Of a DNA stretch of 34,272 bases, positions 20,716-31,151 are shown one piece after another. The stretch is from Nemertoderma westbladi. Its lineage: Eukaryota > Animalia > Xenacoelomorpha. A program made the translations under genes and the position numbers. The DNA lies in the NCBI GenBank assembly GCA_032718475.1, contig JAUCBJ010000830.1, positions 1 to 34,272 on the forward strand, given 5' to 3'. The stretch's first letter is position 1; each line of letters opens with the position of its first letter. The notes under the pieces are model-generated. The model ran no database searches and was not told the DNA's origin. It saw only the letters and a list, made by a program, of their open reading frames with translations.

Positions 20716-23102
20716 GTTTTTCAGCGTGTTTTTAAACTTTTAAATTCATTAATGACCGATCTCTTTGTATAGCAATACTTTTTAATGTTTTTAAAAATTT
20801 TAAATCGTTAAATTTTGTGCAGTGCAGCGCCTTTGATCATCACGTTAAAAGGCGCTATATAAATTTTTATTATTATTATTATTATTAAGCGTTCTTAGCC
20901 AGTGGGCAGGGCATCCTTAGCCCGAAAATAAATTGTATTAGCCCGCGGAAATTGATACTGGACGATTAAATTGACAGACTGGCTTTCTCTTTCTAGTGAA
21001 TAATTTCTAAAGAAAATAATTTAATAATATTCCAGAGGCTGTATTTCAGAACGTAACCCGGAGTTGTTAGTGGGGCCTATTACAAGACTCACTCTGGTAC
21101 TGGTACACTACCACAACACTGTCTATCTAATAATGATTATAATAATTCACAATTGAATCTCCACTTGGCGATGTTGCATAATGAAAGCAATGGCAGGTAT
21201 GGGCTGTGCTGTGTGGAGTTTAATTCTGAGTTACGCAATGGCTTGGGTGGATGGCTACAACACATTATAATGGGGGGAGGGGGGGGGGGGGGGGGGTGCA
21301 GGTCCGCAGCTTGTACAATGATATTTAATAGTCCACAACAAGAGAGGTTATGGGTTCACTGGGGTGATATTGATGCCTTGTCTTACAACGACCTGTGAGC
21401 AAAAGTGTGGTTTGTCGGCCGGATGGTTAAAACCTTCCATTAATTAAAAATGAATGAGCATAATTGAATAAGTATTACTAACCCAATTTGATTTTTAATA
21501 TTTAAAAAATTATAATTACAATACGTTAAACTTAATTAAAAAATACGTCGTAACTAGTGATGTACATAACATAGTTTACTTTAAAACAAATTAGGTTTTC
21601 AATAAAATTACCTTATCAGAGTATTAAAATTAAATTACGTACATTTTTAGAAGGTATTTTAGGGGGTGCGCTGGCGCTAGCGCTTGGATTTATTTATTGT
21701 CTTTATTTACATTTATTAGTATAATTAGAGACAGGGGCAGGAAGGAAGCTTGTCGAATTTACACAATTACTGTATAAGCAAATGCAATGCAACGGCAGCC
21801 ATCGCGCTGCTATGTCAATGGAGGTCTTTGGACTTGATTCTGATTTAAGGAACATTGAAACAATTTCTAATATAACAATAAATTAAAAATATTCCAAAGG
21901 CTGTTTTTCTGAACTAGTTGTTGGTGTAATAATAGGCCCTGCCCTACAAGAACAAAACTCAGTCTGGGACACTACCACAACACTGCCATGTAAATCCAAT
22001 CGCTGTCCATCCACAAAGTCAAGCAAGCTCCATCCACCGCCCTGTCAATCACATCGCGGCTTGGCCATTAACAAAAGCCAGTTCTCGGCGGGAATCTGAG
22101 TTCAAAGGCATGCCGCAGAAGAGCGATGAAACTGTTACCTTGAAATCATTTCAATGTCATTTCAATATGAGACAGAAAGTCTGGAATTTCGGTCCATCGA
22201 TTTCAAGGTCATTTCAATATGCCATCAATGTCATTTCAATGTCAATGCTACTTTCAATGATATTCTATGGACACATTTTGATCAAACTTTGATCAATGTT
22301 TGATCAAAGTTTGATCAATGTTTGATCAAAGGAATGCTTTTTGAGAGCGGGACTGTATAATACCGTAATGAGCTAACTCAGCTCCCCCTAAGTATGCTAC
22401 AGTGGTTATCCGTCACACACAGTAAGCAGTATCTAAAAGTAATTCAAATTTACTGCCACCACATCATGACAAGTGGTTTTGTTTTCTTTTACTTAAGTTC
22501 TTAGGTACACTGAAATCTATCTGGCTTTCCAGATGTACGCTCTGATCGTCGTACTTGTGGGTTTGATATAAGTTAGTTCTTCATCACATGGTAACATGCA
22601 ATTCGGTTTGTAAAGGGCGTAAATGCCTTCTGTTCCTCCACAATAGTCTACCAGAGAGCGGACGAAGTCGATATCTCCGTTGATTACTATTATCAACTAC
22701 AGTAGTAGGAGTATGCTATAGGCTGATAGGGTTTGTAACGTCCAACCATTATTATGGAGAAGCACATGGGGAGAAGCACACCGGGAGAAGTGCGACGCTG
22801 ATTGGCTAGAGCAGTGTGACAGCAGAGTGGCTGACAGTACAGTAAGTTATGTTTACGAATTCATAGGCCTGGGCCGGGCCTATGATAGGGGCCTACTGTT
22901 GGACACTGACACTGTTATAGCTACCGGTACAGATATTTTTGCAAGAATTTAATGGTTCGGCTGTTTGGTACCGGTAGACTGGTATGTCTTCTTCTGTTGT
23001 CAGGGGCGGTTCTAGGATTTTGCTTGGGGGGGGGCAATATATTAAATTTACCAAGAACGATTTTTCGGACTTGTAAATGGCTCCACGCAAGCCGTGGAGT
23101 CC

Positions 23103-24227
23103 AATCTGGACACGTTTATAAAGGGTCCTACTAAATACTACAAAAAGCACAAAACAAGCACAAAAAAGTCAAGAAAAGCACAAAAAAGCACAAAAAAGCA
23201 CAAAAAAGTAAAAAAAAAGCACAAAAAAAGTAAAAAAAAAGCACAAAAAAACACTCTCACATCAAGAGAGATGGGGGGGGGGGGGGGGGGGCGAAAATAT
23301 GAGAGATATTGTTACAGACACCCCCTTCCCCCCTGGCATATAAGATAAGTACGCATGAACTCCTAAACAACATTGCAAACAATCTGGCAGTTATAGAAAT
23401 TTCAAAGTATACAGTAGTGTTACAACAGCAGTGGTTAAACCCAGGCAGGAACCGTGTTTCCAACAGACGCAGATATCGTAACCAATGACCAAGGCAGTTC
23501 CGACCTAAGCGAGATTCTTGCAAGTATGACTATGACTAATATCATCATACTTGTCCTCAGACGTTATCGATCGCCCACTCGAGAGGTTCGGGCAGACCGT
23601 GATGTGATATAATTGTACAGTATGTCGATTTATCGGTGAATAAAGGCATTCCAATAATAGAATAATCGCGATTTCGGTCAACACTGACATATCCAGTTTA
23701 CAAGCGCCTATGCTGCGTTGCTACATCGTTACAAGTAATTAACCAGAACGCTGATAAGTTGACATAATGTGACAAGACAATAACAAAGTCTACTACAGTA
23801 TTATAAGTTCTATCCTGATATTTGAATTGAACCATCTTTACATACTGACATTAGCCTGATATTGCACTAGGGTGCTCGTGGTAGGGCTGTACCTGTAAGT
23901 GCTAGTGCTGGACGCTGGTACTCACTCACTGGCAGCTATATGACATGAATGATGAAAGCATACTGGACAAGGACATGTGATTATCCTTCCGGTAGCCTAG
24001 ACACTACTGCACTACATGATATTGCTTCTATCATCTGTTCTATTACAAGCTCAATAAACATCTATCAGTTTGCTTTTTTGTGCTTTTTTTTACTTTTTTG
24101 TGCTTTTTTTTACTTTTTTTGTGCTTTTTTGTGCCTTTTTTGTGCTTTTTTGTGCTTTTCTTGACTTTTTTGTGCTTGTTTTGTGCTTTTTGTAGTATTT
24201 AGTAGGACCCTTTATAAACGCCAGATT
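23103..24227. mobile_element. Foldback-type element with ~140-bp TIRs built of GCACAAAAAA repeats, nested in the hAT
   Basis: CGTTTATAAAGGGTCCTACTAAATACTACAAAAAGCAC... at 23113 with its reverse complement ending at 24220. Exact termini and TSD are unclear. Confidence 0.8.
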
Positions 24228-24306
24228 TAATTCGTTCCAACATAAACATTCCCAACAACTTGTCTACTCTGAACATTGTGAACCTGATTTATATTAAATT
24301 CAATGC

Positions 24307-25710
24307 TCAACAATGCAGTACAAAGCGGTGGTACACAGTATCATGGTGGAACCGATAGCTTTTAATTTTTTTTTTATTTTTTATTTTTATTTCGATTAAA
24401 CTCTGAAAAAACTGAAACCCGTTAAACAATGGAAACTCCCGGATTTTACAACTGGCCGACAGTGCGAGGTTGAGCCTGTGGCTGGCGCAGTGTACAAATG
24501 TTGCGAGGGGCTGTATACGACAAATGTTTGCCTGGCAGCCATTATATATTCCTGACATGGCTGCGGCACCATCGTAACCCTGCCCGCGGCATTGTTCGAG
24601 GGAGAGGCCCATGCCTTCAATATGTCGTTGGACCTGATTGGCAAGCGAGGCACCTGTTAAATTCTCTGCTTCGAAAAATCCCGTGAAGATTTCCTCGATC
24701 TCCCCGACTAGACTGACGATCCGGAGGCTAACCGACACCTGTGATATCCTCCCTGCATCAGTTGTTTCGTCAACAAGAGTCGAGAAGAACCCTGCTTCTT
24801 TAATTTGCTGGGACAGCTTCTCTTTAATGACCTCGCCAGAACATTCTATCAGGTCGTTCTGAATCGTATTTGAAATGTACTTTGCATTACCCGGCGCGTG
24901 CTCCAGCATCGAGGCAAGGGTTTTGTCCCCAGCATCCACTCGGAATCGAAGCAGATTCCTGAATAAACCCTCTTCCGTACCCGTGGTCTCTATTTCTTTC
25001 CTCTCAGCAATACCGACACGACCGTAGTCCCGGTGTCCACGGAGAGGAAGATTATTCCGCCCACAGAACAGAACAGTCTTTATGATGGGGGACAGCTTGG
25101 CGCGGTTCGCAGCAATGACGGCAGCATTGGTACCTTCAATCAATGATTCAACATTCCTCTCAGGATGATGGAATCCCCCCGTGAATCCACTAGCCCTGGT
25201 CATTGCCGTGACATGGGCGGCAGCGCGGTCATGTGCTGCGAGCACCTCAGTTGCCTTTTTAAACTTCGTCAATGGAACGGCAACCAGTTGGCGTACGGGT
25301 TGCATTTGCCGTCCCCCCGCCACCCCAACTCTTTCGGCGAAGAGCAGGCACGCCGCACAGAGGCCGCCTTGCAGGCGACGGCTGTATCCCAGCCAAGGAT
25401 ATAGATCCAACCAGCGAGACTGGAAGCGGCGGCCTTCAACGATAGGGAAGTTAAAACCAACAGGCGGCCTCCACTTGTTGGTCCAGAGCAGATATTTCTG
25501 GCCGTCGTTCAACCGACGATGTCCGCCATCCTGACACACTGCCAAATCATCAACAAGGTCATCTTGGGGTGCTGGTGCTAGAGGGAGAGCAGCAGTGTCT
25601 TCATCAACACCAACCGGGACGGGAGGAGGAACTGGTGTTGGTACTGGATCTTCCAAACAAGATCTTTTACCGGTAGAAGAAGAGCCAAAAAAGTCCGTAA
25701 TTCTCTTCAT
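24307..25710 (-). CDS. C-terminally truncated hAT transposase (P52rIPK/THAP12/ZNF862-like, DUF4371)
   Basis: TTF-type Zn finger (RFQSRWLDLYPWLGYS..CAAC), NNLPLRGHRD, LVDETTD, GQGYDGAAAMSG, HCASHRLNL. Similarity ends near CKIRE (about 24435) and runs into A-rich sequence. Confidence 0.88.
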   Translation of the reverse strand: MKRITDFFGSSSTGKRSCLEDPVPTPVPPPVPVGVDEDTAALPLAPAPQDDLVDDLAVCQDGGHRRLNDGQKYLLWTNKWRPPVGFNFPIVEGRRFQSRWLDLYPWLGYSRRLQGGLCAACLLFAERVGVAGGRQMQPVRQLVAVPLTKFKKATEVLAAHDRAAAHVTAMTRASGFTGGFHHPERNVESLIEGTNAAVIAANRAKLSPIIKTVLFCGRNNLPLRGHRDYGRVGIAERKEIETTGTEEGLFRNLLRFRVDAGDKTLASMLEHAPGNAKYISNTIQNDLIECSGEVIKEKLSQQIKEAGFFSTLVDETTDAGRISQVSVSLRIVSLVGEIEEIFTGFFEAENLTGASLANQVQRHIEGMGLSLEQCRGQGYDGAAAMSGIYNGCQANICRIQPLATFVHCASHRLNLALSASCKIREFPLFNGFQFFQSLIEIKIKNKKKIKSYRFHHDTVYHRFVLHC

Positions 25711-26277
25711 TATTGATTATCGGATTATGATTATTATACTGACTGTATTTGACAGTGAAATACCGGTATAATCTGTTAATATAATTTCAATACCTACTGC
25801 AGTACTGTATAACAATATAAGCCTATGGTTAATGTCATGCCAGCATGCTAGACAGATAGCAGGATAGTGATATGCGCGTTTTAAAGAAACACTAAACTTG
25901 AAAAGAATATACCTACCTGCTACCGGTACCGTATGAATTAGGCCTACCTCAGTACCCAGTACTCTTAAAGAATTATGTATGGAGTAAGGAGGGTAATGCA
26001 GTAATGAGTAGGCCTAATCCTAATGCCTAATGCAGTAATGTATTAGCCTAGTTACAATGAAATAATGGCGTTTAAATTACATATATTTGGGGTTTGCCAG
26101 GGGGGGGGGGGGCAAGCCCCCACCCAAAATGCCTGGGGGGGGGCAGATGCCCCCTTGCCCCCCCCCTAGAACCGCCACTGTCTGTTGTAGGTACAGGTAC
26201 TGGTATTTTTGCAAGAATTGAATGCAGACAGAATGTCTTCCGTCACTCTGTTGGTTGCACCGGTGTCACCTACCAAT

Positions 26278-27248
26278 TACGGAAGCCCATAAGGGTCACC
26301 CTTTCGCGTGTGCGTGTGCATTCCTAAAAAATTGCTAAAGCTGTCTATGTGAGTGTTTACCTCTGTGTGTGAGTGTATACCTCTGTGTGTGAGTGTATAG
26401 CTCTGTGTGTGAGTGTATACCTCTGTGTGTGAGTGTATACCTCTGTGTGTGAGTGTATACCTCTGTGTGTGAGTGTATACCTCTGTGTGTGAGTGTATAG
26501 GCCCATAAGGGTCACCCTTTACGTGCGTGCACACAAATGAAATTTGATTATTGGAGGGTAATTTAAATATCTTGTTTTTACCTACTACTGAATTAACTGT
26601 ACCGGTACCTACTGCAGTACTGACTTATTGGATATTACTGTATTACACTAATACTATTACACTAATACAGACTAATACTGCAGTACCTGAGTCCTGTATG
26701 GAATCCAATAGGTCAGTCTGTCAGTAGGTATTAGTACTGCAGTAGGTACCGGTACAGTTAATTCAGTATCAGTACAGCAATACGAAGGCCCTGGTAGTAG
26801 GTAAAAACAAGATAGGCCTATTTAAATTACCCTCCAATAATCAAATTTCATTTGTTTGCACGCACGTAAAGGGTGACCCTTATGGGCCTATACACTCACA
26901 CACAGAGGTATACACTCACACACAGAGGTATACACTCACACACAGAGGTATACACTCACACACACAGAGGTATACACTCACACACAGAGCTATACACTCA
27001 CACACAGAGGTATACACTCACACACAGAGGTAAACACTCACACAGACAGCTTTAGCCATTTTTTAGGAAAGAACACGCACACGCGAAAGGGTGACCCTTT
27101 TGGGCCTATACACTCACACACAGAGGTAAACACTCACACACAGAGCTATACACTCACACACAGAGGTAAACACTCACATAGACAGCTTTAGCAATTTTTT
27201 AGGAATGCACACGCACACGCGAAAGGGTGACCCTTATGGGCTTCCGTA
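26278..27248. mobile_element. Palindromic MITE carrying a 20-bp minisatellite
   Basis: TACGGAAGCCCATAAGGGTCACCCTTTCGCGTG... at 26278 and its reverse complement ending at 27248; (GTGTGTGAGTGTATACCTCT)n in both arms; extra duplicated block in the right arm. Confidence 0.88.
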
Positions 27249-28442
27249 GCCCAATACATCTGTAGGCAGTTCAGCAGTGGGCCTATATCATCGTAAGACG
27301 TTCAACGTTAAATAGAGAACATGACAACTTGTGTTGAACTTGTACTAAATTGGATCAGAATATTGGCAATTTATTTTTAGGTTTATTTTTTAGAGGCCAA
27401 TACCAATACACTATTTAGGCTTACTTCGTAGGGCTTAGTCCGATCTTCCTATGTGCTATTTTAATTTAGCATAATTTAGTCGGAACTACTTTTTAATTTT
27501 GTTTGTTTAGGCGTATATCTTTTAAGAGTTTTACTATTTACTACCGATATAATTTTTTGTTGATATGCTATTAAATTAAATTAGATTTTAGTTTTTGTTT
27601 TTTATTTCTGGTGAGTTAATTAAATATAATATTTTTCGGATTTTTAACGTGTTTTATTTTTTACACATTGTGTAATAAACCATAATGCTGTAATGCAATA
27701 AGCTATACACAATTAGAATGAACTATTTACTGTGTTACATATTATTCATACGCCATATTATATCTGTATTAAGTGTGTCAATCAGTCCATCCCCATTGCA
27801 ATATTACATTTACAGTATGTTTTCATATTATCATTCAGAAGTTAAAATTAATATAGTAAATATTAATTTATCGTAATATAACGTAATGCAGTATGCAGTA
27901 AAAAATCCGCAATAATAAATACACTTGTAAAGTAAAGCTTTTTGCGTTTTATTATGTAAATCTTTATCTGTTACTTTTAATGATTTTAATTATTCTATAT
28001 AATTAATTATAATTGGCAAGCTGCATTGAATAAATTTATGGAAATTTTTTTTTTTCTGATCTGTCATGTAGAATAGCATCTTTAGGCACCTTTATATTCC
28101 AAATTATAGCCAAAACCAAACAATTTTGAAAGGCTGGGAGTGATAAATCGAAGAGTTGTCCGAAAATGGTAACACCCCCCCCCCCCCCCCCCCTTACATT
28201 ATTAAAATAAAATAAAGATACAAAAAAAGGTTAAGCATTTGTGGTAACCATTGAGCATTTAATCATTAAAAATTTTAGTCAAATAAGGATGTAATAGTAA
28301 TAGGCCTAAAATCAATTCCGAATACAGTATTATACTATATAAGCGTGTACTAAAGTTTCAGCCATTCAGCGTCACACTTCTCCCCCTGTGCTTCTCCCCG
28401 CGTGCTTCTCTATATGGTTGGACGTTACAAACCCTTCTCGGA

Positions 28443-28738
28443 GTATGGGCGGCTCGGCGACAGTTAGTCCTCACTCATGACTCATCGCTTAGGAATGTGA
28501 CACCTAGGGTGACATTGGCGCCAGACTGTCTGGGTGACTCCTCCCAATTAGGCTAATTAGACTCTAATTGACGGGTGTCATCAATTAATTAGTACAATTA
28601 ATCAATTAATCCCTAATAGGTGTCTTACGACTCCTAATTAGGGTTTAATTGATTATCCTAATTAATCAGACTGTCTAGCGCCCTAACACCCAATGAGTCA
28701 TGACTGATGACTAACTGTCACCTAGAGGTCCATACGGG
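28443..28738. mobile_element. Small foldback MITE
   Basis: GTATGG..GACAGTTAGTC.TCA.TCATGACTCAT at the left and its reverse complement at 28693-28735; internal CTAATTAG-type repeats. Confidence 0.65.
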
Positions 28739-28819
28739 TGTCATAAGTGACACCTCTGCTCTTTTATTTATTGGTACTTATTTATTTATATTTAATTTTA
28801 CCAGTGCTGTTTTTTATTG

Positions 28820-29203
28820 ATTCCATCGGATTCAGGACCCTCATAAACTCGTATAACGCAAGAAACAAGATTATAGTATCTACTCTTGTGAAATTGTTAC
28901 TGATTCCATTGAATTCAGAACCCCCACAAACGCGTAAAACTCAAGAAAAGAGGTGACACAATCAATTGATATATTTGATGGTTTTCAAAATTTGGTGCTA
29001 CGCACCACATTTTGCACCCACTTCGGAAAACTACAAGTTTGAGATCTCTACTTCGATAATTATATATTCCATTGAATTCAGAACAGCCATAAACATCTAA
29101 AACGCAAGAAATAAATTGTCACAAGCAATTTTATCTATTGAATGGATTAAAAAAAATTCGTGCTAGCACCAAAATTTGCACAAAGCACCGAAAAATACAA
29201 CTT
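28820..29203. repeat. Diverged ~82/163-bp tandem repeat
   Basis: ATTCCAT.G.ATTCAG.AC..CA.AAAC..TA.AAC.CAAGAAA at 28820, 28903 and 29066. Confidence 0.75.
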
Positions 29204-29204
29204 T

Positions 29205-30125
29205 AATTTTTTCACATTGGCCTCTGCGTGGCCATTTCCTTGGGGATGTTTTAGGGAGGATGGGGACCAACAAACCCCCCACTTCTGGAAGAACTGCCGC
29301 ATTTAATGGGGGTCCTTGATCCGATGTTAGTAGATTGGGTACTCCCATCATTGTAAAATGCCGTTGTAGAACTTTAATAACGGGAATGCAGGTTGTGCTG
29401 TTCATTTTGTCGATGATACTTTATCCAGAATATCGATCCGCATATATTAAATATTCTTGTCCACCGAAGAAAATAAATCTGCAGAGACAGATGTTACCAG
29501 TCTAAATAACTCAAACTCTAGGTCTTGTGTAGGCCTAATTATGAATTAGTGAACAGAAAGACTGGTTGAGCGAGATCAAATCAAATCGTATTTGCGATAG
29601 GCTGCCACAATGACAAAATCATAATGTCAGGACAATATAAACAATATGTTTTGTATTAACATAATTCCATTGATTGAATACCGATAAAACCAAAATCCAC
29701 GGTACAGCAGTAGTAATAATCATTAATTTACCCTAAGATCAGAAATAATCTGCAATAGGACACAGCACACTGTAAGTACCGGTAGCGGTAGTCCAGATGA
29801 AAAACATTGTAAGTACCGGTAGCGGTAGTCCCTAAAATTAGGTCCCTTCAATACATACTGTATGTAGTTCGATAAGGGGTCCCATATTACACAGATATAC
29901 AAAAGGGCGATCGGGAATATTGTAATGTTTCATTTCAGAGCTCAAAGTTTCATTGGTTCCTTTGTATTTGATTTTTGATATTTTTTACATTCCATGCACC
30001 CTGCAATAATTCGTTCAATATCATCGGTATAACCAGGCCAAAAAACAACTTGGCGAGCCCTTTAATTGTTTAGTCCTCAGAACACCTTGATGACTTGAAT
30101 GTAATCGTTCGAATATCAACTGAAC
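29205..30125 (-). pseudogene. Ty3/Gypsy integrase relic (HHCC and core), fragmented
   Basis: Minus-strand translation gives LHSSHQG..ARQVVFWPGYTDDIERIIAGCMEC (about 29985-30110) and DRYSG..MGVPNLLTSDQGP..KHPQGNGHAEANVK (about 29210-29440), with stops, frameshifts and a ~400-bp interruption. Confidence 0.8.
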
Positions 30126-30179
30126 AGCTGTTGGGGGAATTACTATCCGATGACATTATTATTATTACTGTATTATTAT

Positions 30180-31150
30180 ATGCACACCCACTTAGTCATC
30201 TTTTTAAACTTTCAATGAATTCTGGTGAAATTCCAGCGATTTGGAAATGTGCTGACATAATTCCATGCTTCAAAAAGGGTAAACGCTCCATACTAGCAAA
30301 TTATCGGCCTATTTCACTTACATCGGCAGTATGCCGATTATTTGAACGTATATTGGTACTTGAATTAGTTGAATATTTGTTAAATGACAATCTTTTATCT
30401 AAGCAACAATGTGGTTTCTTGAGAAATCGCAGCACCGTTTTGCAATTACTCGATTGCACTTTTCATTGGTCAAATAGTGTAAATAGACACGAATTTACGG
30501 ATGTTATTTATATTGATTACTCGAAAGCGTTCGATAGTGTACAGTAGTAGTACAGTAAGTAAGTTACTACTGTAGTTAAACTAGAGTCACTTGGTGTAAC
30601 AGGGAAGTCCTCCGCTGGTTCAAGTGCTTTTTATTTGATCGCATTCAACGAGTAAAAATTCGCAATCGTTTTTCACAATATCAGCGTGTTAAGTCAGGCG
30701 TCCCTCAAGGTTCATGTAACGGGCCGTTGTTATTCCTCATTTTTGTAAATGACTTACCACATATTTTTAGTAATGCTACAAGTGCGCGATTATTTGGAGA
30801 TGATACTAAACTATTTTCTTCATTTAATTGTAGTGATGATCGTAGCGTTTTGCAGTCAGATCTTGATTTATTTGCAAATTGGTCGAAGACATGGCAGTTG
30901 AATATTGCAGAAGAGAAGTGCAAAGTATTAACAATAGGAAACTGTACAAATAAATCCAATTATTACATAAATCAAGATCTCTTAGCAGATGTCCATTGCC
31001 ACCGCGATTTGGGTGTCGAAATGGACAATAAACTATATTTTCAAATACATATAGATAATATAGTCTCTAAGTGCTATAAAACAATAAATTTATTATTCCG
31101 GTGCTTTACAACTAAAGATATGAACGCTATTTTATTTGCTTACAAAGTAT
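30180..31150 (+). pseudogene. CR1-clade LINE reverse transcriptase fragment
   Basis: NYRPISLTS, QQCGF..RSTVLQL, YIDYSKAFDSV, SGVPQGS..GPLLFLIFVNDL, LFGDDTKL; stops and frameshifts; cut off at about 31150. Confidence 0.9.
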
Positions 31151-31151
31151 T

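Larger units (their letters stand above)
16200..20887 (+). mobile_element. Near-full-length L2 LINE (5' boundary approximate)
   Basis: ORF1 and ORF2, a 3' stem-loop AGCGCCTTT..AAAGGCGCT (20826-20856) and a (TAT)n tail to 20887. Confidence 0.85.
15746..22355. mobile_element. TA-flanked non-autonomous DNA transposon with 79-bp perfect TIRs, hosting an L2 LINE
   Basis: TA|CAGTCCCGCTCTCAAAAAGCATTCC(TTGATCAA units)x5 at 15746-15824, with its exact reverse complement at 22277-22355|TA. No transposase inside. Confidence 0.88.
23001..26180 (-). mobile_element. hAT DNA transposon, internally deleted
   Basis: TIRs CAGGGGCGGTTCTAGG / CCTAGAACCGCCACTG (15/16 match); perfect 8-bp TSD TCTGTTGT at 22993-23000 and 26181-26188. 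Confidence 0.95.
22728..28435. mobile_element. TIR DNA transposon (PIF/Harbinger-ISL2EU-like ends), non-autonomous, hosting the hAT and a MITE
   Basis: AGGGTTTGTAACGTCCAACCAT..GAGAAGCAC..GGGAGAAGTG.GACGCTGA.TGGCT at the left end, reverse complement at 28360-28435. The TSD is not conserved and the superfamily is uncertain. Confidence 0.7.

Noticed and set aside
23094-24164. Lys-rich and Phe-rich short ORFs
   Set aside because: They are translations of the GCACAAAAAA TIR repeats.
26277-27055. His/Thr-rich ORFs
   Set aside because: They are translations of the 20-bp minisatellite.
29771-29831. 24-bp direct duplication TGTAAGTACCGGTAGCGGTAGTCC
   Set aside because: Real, but an ordinary local duplication with no further structure.
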